Part shown: in pieces, positions 13,293 to 24,231 of the stretch
How positions within the stretch are numbered: position 1 is the stretch's first letter
Layout: every line of letters starts with the position of its first letter
NCBI GenBank assembly: GCA_030390025.1
Contig: CM059438.1
Coordinates: 63,180,001-63,244,000, forward strand
Direction of reading: 5' to 3'
From: Squalus acanthias
Taxonomy: Eukaryota
Length of the DNA: 64,000 bases
Translations under genes and position numbers: made by a program
Notes under the pieces: generated by a model
The model's database searches: none
What the model saw: only the letters and a program-made list of their open reading frames with translations
What the model was told of the DNA's origin: nothing

Positions 13293-13782
13293 CATAGGAA
13301 CAAGGGGAGGCCATTCAGCCCCTCAATGCTGTGTGACATGAATCTTGTCATTCATGTATGAAGTAATACTGGGCGGCCTGCTGTTAGATTATGGCTGAAC
13401 TGTATCTCAACTCCGTTTACCCGCCTTTGCTCCATATCCCTTGAAGTCCTTGCCGAACAAAAATCTAGCGATCTCCGTCTGGAAAATTTCAATTGATCCA
13501 GCATCCGCAGCCTTTTGGGTGAGAGAGTTCCAGATATCCACTACCTTTTGTGTGAAAAAGTGCCTCCTGATTGCACTCCCGCATGGCTTAGATCTAATTG
13601 TTCTGGATTTCCCCACGAGAGGAAATAGTTTCTCTGTATTTACCCGAGCGAATTTCTTTGTCATTTTGAACACCTCGATTAGATCGCCCCTCAACCGTCG
13701 AAGCTCGCGGGGGACTACAAGCCAAGTTTAAGTGCAACCTGTCCTCACAAGTTAATCCTTTAAGCCCCGGTATCATTCTGCT
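13293..13782 (-). mobile_element. CR1 LINE 3' end
   Basis: ORF 13407..13694 RGDLIEVFKM...FFTQKVVDIWNSL. Confidence 0.88.
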
Positions 13783-15079
13783 ATCAGAAACGGCACAACA
13801 GAATCTGGTGTTGGCCTTCACTCTTCATTTGAGACTAGCACCTCCTCAACAGTTGGACCTTTCCCAGAGCAGTCTGGTTGAAGATCCAGATGTCCGTGTT
13901 GCAGTGCAATGCCCCGTGGCACTAGGTAGCAATTTTACATGCAGTTGTTTATAAAGATGAGCAGAAAGATTTGGAGGTGAGCAATGTTGCAGGAGATCTA
14001 TTGTCATGAGGATTAGATTGAAGAGGTCATCAAAGGAAGAATCACATTTATGCTGTTTATCTTAATTAGTGATTTTTTTTGTGTGGATGTCTCATAGTTC
14101 AGATATTTCAGCCTCAGACTTCTAGTAACTTGATTCCTTGTGAAGATTTACCAGGATTTAGAGAGTCACATGTAGGAACTCTACTCACTTCTGCAACTAA
14201 GTATGCATTACACAAATAATTATTCAGGAAGCCTTGCTGACATCAGTTAAGAGTCCGTTGAATTCGGGGTAATAGTTAACTGGAATATTCTGTACCAGAG
14301 AAAAACAGCAACCTATCTTAGTGCTTTAGACTTAGTAATGTTTACCCTAACTTCACGAACCACCCACGACCGTTGGCAGTAGTATTAATCACCGTGATGA
14401 TCATTTTAAGCATGAGCAACTGATTACAAGTCCTGAACCCGTAAGGAGAATCTTTCTTATCCTGCGTGGTTATGGAAAAGGAAAAAGAAAGACTTGCATT
14501 TATGTAGCACCTTTCATGTCCTCAGGACGTCCCAAAAGCCAATGAAGTAGTTTATGAAGTGTAGTCACTGTTGTAATGTAGGAAACATGGAACATTGGTA
14601 AAAGAGGTTCAGTCTTCCTCTAATGGCTACTGCTACTATGGACTGTTTCATCAAGCCCAGCATGAGCTATTTTATATGTAGTGGTTTATAGGGATTTGCA
14701 GAAGAACTTGGATGTTTATTCTGTTTCAAAAGCGTCGCGTCCACATACTGAATGATGCTGCATTCAACTGTTGAAAAAAATTGTGTAACAGTGCCATCTA
14801 TTGGCATTGAAACAGTGAAACATTCCTTGTTTCACACACAAGTTAAAACAAGCAGCAAATTCTGCTCCTTTAAAGGAATATATATTTTAAAATAAAGGCA
14901 TGTTCTATTTATAATCTGTCAGTTCTCCTGTAGCATTGTTCAGAGGGTAGATGCACTGTTTTATCAGGGCCTCTGATTTATAATGATTGAACAAGTCACG
15001 TACCATGTTTATTAAATGGTGTTCTAGGATTTTTACTGGTACTTTGAGGATTGAATTACACAATTCTGTCCATTATTCT

Positions 15080-15695
15080 GTGGTAGCACTAGGAGATGAT
15101 TCTGGGGCTGGTCTTGAGCTTTGGTCATGATGTGGAGATGCCGGTGTTGGACTGGGGTGGACAAAAGTGAGAAGTCGCACAACACCAGGTTATAGTCCAA
15201 CAGTTTTATTTGAAATCACAAGCTTTCGGAGCGCTGTTCCTTCGTCAGGAGCAGCGCTCCAAAAGCTTGTGATTTCAAATAAAACTGTTGGACTATAACC
15301 TGGTGTTGTGCGACTTCTCACTTTTGAGCTTTGGTGGCACTGGGAGATGATCCTAGGGAGTGTCCTGGGCTTTGGGAAATAGTCCTGGGCTGGGCATGAG
15401 CTTCGGTAAGCACTGGGGGATGGACGTCAGCTTGTATTAGCACTGGGAGATGGTTCTAGGGCTGATCTTCAGCTTTAGTAGCACTGGGGGATGGACCTGA
15501 GCTTTGGTAGCACTGTGGAATAGTTCTGGGCTTTGTAAGCACTTTGGGATGGTCCAAGGCTTTCGATTGAGATGAGGTCCTAGAGTTTGGCAGTGCTGGG
15601 GTAGAGTTGCTGAGGTTTGGCAGCATGGAATGGGGGAGCTAGTTTGCTCTGGCATTACTCTGGAGGGAGAACCTGAACTCTGGTAGAACTGAAGG
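15080..15695. repeat. Degenerate minisatellite (about 29-42 bp units, gagctttggtagcactggg(a/g)gatg...)
   Basis: About a dozen recurring gctt-tggtagcactgg units; interrupted by the Penelope hairpin. Confidence 0.75.
15126..15323 (-). mobile_element. Penelope-like fragment (family 2) with fold-back inversion
   Basis: 12-bp TSD ttgagctttggt (15114-25 / 15324-35); 80-bp inverted arms 15162-15241 / 15247-15326. Confidence 0.88.
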
Positions 15696-16092
15696 TGAAA
15701 TAAGGTTTTTTTTTTTTAACGAGTATGAGGAAACGGCTGGGGAAAAGGATTAAATGGATAGGTCTTTCAAAGAGCTGGAACAGGTGTGATGGGCTGAATG
15801 CGCCCCCTTCTATGCTGTAAAATTCTATGACTCTAAACCCTAGTGATTTGATAGATTGTGGTCTAAACTGGAGTGACATGATGCAACAGAGCAGTAATTT
15901 TAATTTACACTTTGATATCAGGAAATGTAATGCATTGTGCGTGATTCATTGCAACCTGAATTTTTTCATTTGTTATATAAAACCAGTTTCGAGACTCGCT
16001 GATTGCTGTTTTATGTTCTCTTGCATGCCTTTGTTGTCAAATGTTTGCAGCCTGGCAGTGCAGATTGAGATGATCACATCAGGATTACAGTG

Positions 16093-16295
16093 ATAAAAAC
16101 AAAAAATGCTGGAAAGACTCAGCAGGTCAGGCAGCATCTGTGGAGAGAGAAACAGAGTTAACGTTTCAGGTCGATGACCTTTCTCAGAACTGGCAAAAGT
16201 TAGAGATGTAACAGGTTTTAAGCAAGTACAGAGGCAGGGAAAGGGGGGTAGGGGAGGAAAGAACAAAAGGGAAGGTCTGTGGTAGGATGGAAGAA
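16093..16295 (-). mobile_element. Penelope-like fragment (family 1), degenerate hammerhead core 16156-16191
   Basis: Near-identical to 5745-5885. Confidence 0.82.
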
Positions 16296-16904
16296 CTTGC
16301 AGTGAACTTTATGGCTACTATTTCAAATATAGTAGAAAGAAGTTAACTGGTTGCTAGAGTAGTGGTAAACTGTGCAGCTCTTGAGTAGAGCTCAACATAG
16401 CCACACCAGCGTTTCTCAAGTAACAGACTCGATAACTTTCAAAGCTGCAGGATCCCCCTTCCCAACAATTGCCTGCTAATGACATACATGTGAAGTTGAT
16501 TGAACAGCCTGTGTTATATTATGAACTTTGCACTATGTTACGAACAAGAAAGGTTGTTCATGAGCAGGGGTGTCAGTGCATACAAGGCTCTAATTGATTT
16601 AGTCCTGGCCAATATTTATCCCACAACCAAAATCACTAAAACAGATTGTCTGGTCATTTATCGCATTGCTGTTTGTGGGAGCTTGCTGTGCGCAAATTGG
16701 CTACCGCGTTTCCCTACATTACAACAGTGACAAAAAGTACTTCTTTGGCTGTGATGCGCTTTGGGATATCCTGAGGTTATGAAAGGCGCTATGTAAATGC
16801 AACTTCTTTCTCTCTATTGAGACACAGAGATTCATTTCACTAAATGCCTACATCGTAATATTATTTAACTTTGACTTGGTGATGTTCTCTATAGCTTGCA
16901 ACAT

Positions 16905-17350
16905 CAGTGTCAGCTGTGGCTCAGTTGGTAGCACACTTGCCTCTGAAGGTTGTGGGTTCAAGTCCCACTCCAGGGACTTGAGCACATAAAATCTAGGCTG
17001 ACATTCCAGTGCAGTGCTGAGGGAATGCTGCACTGTCGGAGGTGCCGTCTTTCAGATGAGACGTTAAACCAAGGCCCCGTCTGCTCTCTCAGGTGGACGT
17101 AAAAGATTCCATGGCACTATTTCGAAGAAGAGCAGGAGAGTTATCCCCGGTGTCCTGGCCAATATTTAACAAAAACAGATTATCGGGTCATTATCACATT
17201 GCTGTTTGTGGGAGCTTGCTGTGTGCAAATTGGGTGCCCCGTTTCCCACATTGCAACAGTGACTACACTTCAAAAGTACTTCATTGGCTGTAAAGCGCTT
17301 TGGGGCATCCAGAGGTCGTGAAAGGCGCTATATAAATGCAAGTCTTTTTT
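16905..17350 (+). mobile_element. Full-length Deu-SINE (SacSINE1-like); a 3' half copy lies just upstream at ~16600-16810
   Basis: A box tggctcagttgg, B box ggttcaagtcc, Deu-domain-like body (gatgagacgttaaacc..., cattgctgtttgtgggagcttgctgtg), L2-like tail aaggcgctatataaatgcaagtc. Confidence 0.88.
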
Positions 17351-17535
17351 TTTCTTTAAAAAAATTGCCTCAAATCACTGCTGCTGAATTGAAAACAGCG
17401 CAGATTCTCTTATACAGGAACTGTATTAGCTCTGGTGTGGAGTTAGCAAGTATTTTAACTACTTGAAGTACATTCTGTAGTTTCAGCAGGTTTTTCAGTG
17501 CTGTTTTTAATCACTGTGCTTCTTTTGTCTTGCAG

Positions 17536-17596
17536 GTATCACAGTGACAAACCACCCCATGAACAAGACCAGCGCCAGCTTGTCCCTCGATTACCT
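17536..17596 (+). CDS. ABCA2: ABCA2 exon C: (G)ITVTNHPMNKTSASLSLDY(L)
   Basis: tcttgcag|, |gtaaga; 61 nt; phase 1 in, phase 2 out, fits neighbours. Confidence 0.95.
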
Positions 17597-18799
17597 GTAA
17601 GAATAGGAGTTAACATTACACTTAATATTTAATTCTGGTTTGCAGGTGCTCACTGTCCAGGTTTCCTTGATATTGTTTCCTGTTGCGTGCACGTATATGA
17701 CTATCTCGCTGGTTTAAATATAAAAACTGCTCCCCGCTGCCCCATGACCAATGTAATAATGAGCCTTGCAAGGTAACCAAGTGCCTGAATGTGTCATAGC
17801 TGAAAGGGCAGTGGTGCAGTGTTAGTGCGCCAATGCACTGTGCCACGGAGTTGCAGGTTGTCCTGCACCATCTTCCATGCAGTAAGCACCTATTGACGGT
17901 TGACCACAAGATGGAGTAGATGCAGTTAAACTATTTTAGTGGCAGATGCTATCACACCACCGAGCGTGTCATTGCACATCACGCAGGCGAATTGTTACTT
18001 AATTATATGATGCCGTAGTTTTTCAAACTGCGGCCTGTAGACTCTGAGGGTCCACAAGGGCTTCCCGAGAGGTCTGTGAGGTTATCAGAGTTCTATCTGC
18101 CTGTGGCTGGGCACTGAGCCGGGTATCTTGAGGATCCTGTATTCAATATGTTTTCTGTATTTGTTGATTTTTTTCCACATTATTCCTGTGGCTACATGCC
18201 AAGATAGAAAAAAAAAAACATTTTATGCCAGGATGGCACTGTTTTCATTTTTGTAGTTGACGATATCTTTTGGAAATTAAACACTGGGTTCCCAGGAGCG
18301 TGTGAATATTTGTGCTGGGTCTCCCAATACGGAACAAAGTTGAAAACTTTTGACGTTGATGTCCTGCTTTTAAACCCTGACTTGTTGACGACGGCCAGTG
18401 TTTTGTGCGAATAGATGGGAGACTCAAGTTTGAAAGCTAGTCTCACATTCACATTTGCAAAGTCACTAGTGGACAATTTATGCCAGCTTCACCGACATCA
18501 ATAAGAAAAGTATCATGATTGGTACTAAAGAGGAAGAACTGTCCATTTTTCTCCTGAATAGCCGAAGTTCATGGAGCATCTTTGACTTCATATAAGGAGA
18601 CCTCCCTGGAATGGACCAATCTTTTTATTTAATACTGTCCAAAAAAACTTAGATAGAAAAATATTTAAGACTGTACTTGTTTTCCCCACTAGACTAGCTC
18701 GAGGCTGCATTGTTGATCATTATCAACCTGTGGTATAATCTCTTGCCGATGGTTTGGTTTCAGAAATTCTCACTACTTCTTTTCTTGAATTGTTCTCAG

Positions 18800-18974
18800 T
18801 TTGCAGGGCACAGACGTGGTCATTGCCATCTTCATCATCGTGGCCATGTCCTTCGTCCCGGCCAGCTTTGTGGTGTTTCTGGTGGCAGAGAAATCGACCA
18901 AAGCGAAACACCTGCAGTTTGTTAGTGGATGTGACCCTGTTATCTACTGGCTGGCCAACTACGTCTGGGACATG
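18800..18974 (+). CDS. ABCA2: ABCA2 exon D (start of TMD2): [58 protein letters not shown]
   Basis: ttctcag|T TTG CAG, |gtgaga; 175 nt; frame matches ORF 18801..19046. Confidence 0.96.
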
Positions 18975-19324
18975 GTGAGAATAGGTTTTGTTCTTCAAGA
19001 GGAGGAAGCAATTTTAGCACTGATCTTAAGAGATTCTGTTTTTTGATTCTCCTTTAAATATATGAAAGTGGCTTGAAACTGACAGATAGGCTCCCTATTG
19101 TGTGGGTGCGTGTGACTATTGCACAGGTTCATTTCAATGTTCCAACTCAGTATGACAATAAGAATCGCTGTAAACAAAATAACTTGTACTCCATTGCCCC
19201 ATATTCAATGTGGTCATGAGCCCCGCAATACTACAAACTATCTGAATCCATGATAGCTGAAAGGCCAATGGTGTAATGTGTTGGTGCGCCAATGCACTGT
19301 GCCATGGAATTGCAGGTCACAGGT

Positions 19325-20573
19325 TTTTCCCCACACTGTCTCCTGTGTAGTAAGCAGTGTGCCTGAGACACCAGTATTCCCTTATAATATTGAAGGATTA
19401 TTTGGCAATTCAGTAAAATGAATTGCTTTAATATCCTTATACATGCTTTCATCAACTCCAGACTCCACTGCTGCAACACTGCCTTTGATGGTCTTGAAAA
19501 CTCCAGCTTGTCAAAAACTCTACCATTTTTCTGTTCCGCACCAAGTTCTGCCTGCCCATCAATCCTGCCTTTGTTGACTTACACTGGCTCTCTCTTCCCT
19601 AATGCCTCAAATTTGACATCCTCATCTTCAAGTTCCTCAATGGCCTTGCTCTACCCGATCTTTGAAACTTGTTACAGCCCCATTTCTGAATCTGGCCTCC
19701 TCTGCATGCTCCCTCTTCACCCTATCATTGGTAGGAATGCTTTCAGTTGCCTGGGTCCTACCATCTGGAATTCCCTCACTAGATCCCTCCACCTCTTTGT
19801 CCTCTGTAAAAACATCTTCAAAACCCATCTTGTTGGCCAAGCTTTTAGTTACCCCTTCCATTTGCTGCTTCCCGGGCTCATGTCGCTTTCTATATGCCCA
19901 CCTGCCTTCAGGTGTTCTTTACATTAAAAGTACTATATAAAGGCAAGTTGTTGAGAATAAATCACTTTTTTTTAATACCATTGTTCTTCTTTAAATAAAC
20001 CAATGATTTTCTGCCTTGTATTGATAGGCTTGGACCAATTTAAACAGCGTGACTTCATCAATAGGGCAAGTGATTTGGCGCGACGTGACTTGCTGTATTT
20101 CTAAACCTTCTGTGTGCAGCACATACTTTGCTTCCTAAGTATTAAGATATCCCGGAGGAAGTGCAAAAGGATCTGATCCACTGTGGTTAACTTGCCACGA
20201 CAAATCACTTGCACTTTTATCAGTAAAGTGCCGTAACACAATTGAAATAACTTATGAAAAAGGAACCTGAAGATGAGGATGTCAAATTTGAAGCATTAGG
20301 GAAGAGAGAGCCAGTGTAAGTCAACAAAGGCAGGATTGATGGGCAGGCAGAACTTGGTGTGGAACAGAAAAATGGTAGAGTTTTTGACAAGCTGGAGTTT
20401 TCAAGACCATCAAAGGCAGTGTTGCAGCAGTGGAGTCTGGAGTTGATGAAAGCATGTATAAGGATATTAAAGCAATTCATTTTACTGAATTGCCAAATAA
20501 TCCTTCAATATTATAAGGGAATACTGGTGTCTCAGGCACACTGCTTACTACACAGGAGACTGTGTGGGGAAAA
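19325..20573. repeat. 313-bp inverted repeat (19325-19637 / 20261-20573)
   Basis: Four mismatches counted by eye; ORFs 19418(+) and 20220..20480(-) start with almost the same peptide. Confidence 0.95.
19430..19955 (+). mobile_element. Old L2 LINE 3' end
   Basis: LIHAFINSRLHCCN...GPTIWNSL...FKTHL; tail tactatataaaggcaagttgttg. Confidence 0.8.
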
Positions 20574-22521
20574 TAGCCTGACATCAGTAGTAGGGAAAAT
20601 GCTAGAATCTATTATTAAGGATGTGGTAACAGGGCACTTAGAAAATAATAATAGGATTAGGCAGAGTCAACATGGATTTATGAAAGGGAAATCATGTTTG
20701 ACGAATCTGTTAGAGTTCTTTGAGGTTGTAACTAGCAGAATAGATAAGGGGGACCAGTGGATGTTGTGTATTTGGATTTTCAGAAGGCATTCGATAAGGT
20801 GCCACACGAGGTTATTAAACAAAATTAGGGCTCATGGGATAGGGGGTAATACGCTAGCATGGATTGAGGATTGGTTAACGGACAGAAAGCAGAGAGTAGG
20901 AATAAACGGGTCATTTTCGGGTTGGCATGCTGTAACTAGTGGGGTACCGCAAGGATCAGTGCTTGGGCCTCAGCTATTCACAATCTATATCAATGATTTG
21001 GACGAGGGGATCAAATGTAATATATCCAAGTTTGCTGATGATACAAAGCTAGGTGGGAATGTAAGTTGTGAGGAGGATGCAAAGAGGCTTCAAGGGGATA
21101 TAGACAGGCTAAGTGAGTGGGCAAGAACATGGCAAATGGAATATAACGTGGAGAAATGTAAAGTTATCCATTTTGGTAGGAAATATAGAAAAGCAGAGTA
21201 TTTTTTAAATGGTAAGAGATTGGGAAATGTTGGTGTTCAGAGGGACCTGGGTGTCCTTGTACACGAATCACTGAAAGTTAACATGCAGGTATAGCAAGCA
21301 ATTAGGAAAGCGAATGGTATGTTGGCCTTTATTACAAGAGGATTTGAGTATAAGAGTAAAGACGTCTTACTGCAATTCTATAGGACCCTGGTGAGACCAC
21401 ACCTGGAGTATTGTGTACAGTTTTGGTCTCCTTACCTAAAAAAGGATATGCTTGCCACAGAGGGAGTCCAATGAAGGTTCACCAGACTGATTCCTGGGAT
21501 GGGGGGATTGTCCTATGGGGAGAGATTGAGTAGACTGGGACTATATTCTCTGGAGTTTAGAAGAATGAGAGGTGATCTCATTGAAACATACAAAATTCTT
21601 ACAGGGCTTGACAGGGTAGATGCAGGGAGGAAGTTTCCCCCGGCTGGGGAGTCTAGAACCAGGGGGTCACAGTCTCAGAATAAGGGGTCGGCCATTTAAG
21701 ACTGAGATGAGGAGAAATTTCTTCACTCAGATGGTGTTGAATCTTTGGAATTCTCTACCCCAGAGGGCTGTGGAGTATATTCAAAATTGAGAGGTCGCAC
21801 AACACCAGGTTATAGTCCAACAGTTTTATTTGAAATCACAAGCTTTCGGAGCTATCGATTGCCCCTTCCTCAGGTGAAGTAAATTAGATACAGAATCGCC
21901 AAAGCATATATAGATAGAGAACAAAGCATGTGTACCTTACAATTGCAGACCACTAAATTAAATCATCCTGACTATCTGCCGAGGTGTGATAAAGTTAATC
22001 AAGTCAGCCAGGAAGGTACCACATCAAAGACATAGCAAGATACAACTGAGACAATGAGGTGTAGTCGCAGGGGTTCTAACGTGTCAAAAGCTGCCGTCTG
22101 TATGTAAAACGAAAAGCTTTAAAATTTTTACTTTTTTACTGGGAAAATTTTTACTTTTTTACTGGGAATCACATCTGTGAACAAGCCAACGACGACTCGA
22201 GTCCGGATCACGTCATGTATCGTGACATAAACCCAAGATCCCGGTTGAGACTGTCTTCATGAGTGCGGAACTTGGCTATCAGTTTCTGCTCGATGATTTA
22301 GCGTTGTCGTGTGTTTCTAAGGTTGCCTTGGAGAACGCTTACCGACATCGAGTATATTCAAGACAGAGATCAATAGATTTTGGGATATTAAGGGAATCAA
22401 GGGATATGGGGAGAGTGCAGGAAAGTGGAGTTTAGGTCGAAGATCAGCCATGATCTTATTGAATGGCGGAGCAGGCTCGAGGGGCTGAATGGCCGACTCC
22501 TGCTCCTGTTTTTTACGTTCT
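20574..22521 (+). mobile_element. 5'-truncated CR1 LINE (RT domain to 3'UTR), interrupted by a Penelope fragment
   Basis: SGVPQGSVLGP, KFADD motifs; stops and frameshifts; 3'UTR ends ~22521. Confidence 0.95.
21785..22349 (-). mobile_element. Penelope-like 3' end (family 2) nested in CR1; hammerhead-like core 21836-21877
   Basis: 12-bp TSD gagtatattcaa (21773-84 / 22350-61); minus strand reads VSVLQGNLRNTRQR*IIEQKLIAKFRTHEDSLNRDLGFMSRY, typical of a PLE GIY-YIG C-terminus. Confidence 0.88.
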
Positions 22522-22719
22522 AAATTTGCAAAATGCAGAATTTGAAATGAGACACCGCTGTTTTTTACACAACTGACCTGAAATATGAATCATAATTGAC
22601 TTAAAACCGAGAAACTCTCACTGTTTTCTCTTAGCAGGCAGCATGAACAGCTGTTGATGTTTAGTTGTGGTTTGTTCATTCATATTTTGTTTCCCCTTCC
22701 TCTGTTTCTGTATCTCCAG

Positions 22720-22835
22720 TTGAATTACTTGGTACCAGCGACCTGCTGCATCATCATTCTCTTTGTGTTTGATCTGCCAGCCTACACGTCACCCACCAAC
22801 TTCCCAGCCGTCCTCTCACTCTTCTTGCTATATGG
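22720..22835 (+). CDS. ABCA2: ABCA2 exon [39 protein letters not shown](G)
   Basis: tctccag|, |gtaagt; 116 nt; hydrophobic TM segments. Confidence 0.96.
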
Positions 22836-24231
22836 GTAAGTCATGTGATACATCCGTGAATTAAATCCAGAAGCTAAACGAACTAAATAAACCATTAATC
22901 TTAATGTAGTCTTTATTAAAAGTGTGACGTTCATAACGTTACAAATTCTGCTATCATTTTTGATTTTTTTTTCTGCCAAATTTCTGCCAGTCCCATGTTG
23001 TCGGTCAGCAATTCTGGTGTTATCGTTTGGATTTCGACCATAGTGGTCTCCTTTTGGCCTAGTGGGAAAAGGCTCTAATCTGTGCAGACCAGAAGGCTTC
23101 ATTCCATTCTATGCTGAGTTGGTCGACCTCCGCAAGTACAGCAAATGGTGCGCTACAGTTGGTCAGAGTTCCTATTCCTGGTCGCTATATGGTGACCTCT
23201 ACTGGAAAGTGTATCTGCGTGGGTGTCGGGCATGAGCAGGATTTGGCTCTATTATAATGCCTTCCACCATGAAATAGCCTGCTGGCACTTGCCATCCCGG
23301 CTCGTACTTGGGGGGAGGTACTCAATGGCTGTTGCACACTTGTAACTCAAGCAAGTTCAGGAGAGATGGAGAAAACAAAATCAAAAAGAAGAAACCTCCG
23401 ATATGTAGCTTTAAATAACTCTTCAACCCATGACAGCGGGTAGAGGAATCCCAAACAAAGTTGGTGTCGTCCACCGGTCAAAGAGAGAATCTGGTTGAAG
23501 AGCGCCACTGTTCGTACTTTTAAACATTGTAGCAACGACTCTTATTCAAAGAGGCAGTACTTGGAATCTCTTCCCCATCATTCAAGAAAAAAAAAGCCTC
23601 TGACCTTAAAGGAAATATAAGACAAAATAAATCGATATAGTTGGAACCTTATATTTTCTCTTAGAAATAAGTGCTCAACATGCAGTGAATTTAGTGAGTG
23701 TTATTATGCACGCAGTTTGAATACTTGATTTTATATTTTGACTCCGCTGTGTGGAAACTTGCAGATTTTGGGTCTTCACATGCAGCAAGGAGCCAGTCAT
23801 CTGAGACCCAGTTGTGGGATTGCTTCTTCTCCTGAATGCCAAGATGGAGATATCTGAGCTGGGAAATTTCAGTATGGGCAAGTACACATTTGTACATGGA
23901 TTTCAGGACCAAGTAAGGTAGACAAGACCCAATAACCCTTTCTGGTTACTATTTGAGATCTCGTGTGGTTAACATCAATTACTCAAATTCTCTTTTTGTT
24001 CCTGACCATGTAGAACATGTCGTAGGTTTAGCACCATACCACACTGGTCTGAGAAGTATCCACATGAGTTATAGAAGTAGAAGGCAGATCGCTGAGTTTC
24101 ACAGGAAATGTATCTATTATTTATTATACTCTATAACATAAGCAAGCAAAGCTCGACCTTATTATTACTCTTAACTTTTACTCCAAGACCATTTGCAAGT
24201 AAGAATTCTTTGGTCTCCCTGTAGTGGCACT

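Noticed and set aside
15080..15695. CRISPR-like array
   Set aside because: Eukaryotic intron, degenerate head-to-tail units, no unique spacers and no cas genes.
16905..16975. tRNA genes at A/B-box motifs (also ~31165-31236, ~40075-40150, ~54865-54938)
   Set aside because: They are SINE heads continuous with SINE bodies; no complete cloverleaf.
18801..18806. Alternative acceptor ttgcag| 7 nt inside exon D
   Set aside because: It would shift the frame; only the 18800 start restores DYLLQGTD.
20359..21294. 311-aa ORF as a novel fusion protein
   Set aside because: Antisense L2 and flank sequence fused by chance to a frameshifted CR1 RT; stops follow immediately.
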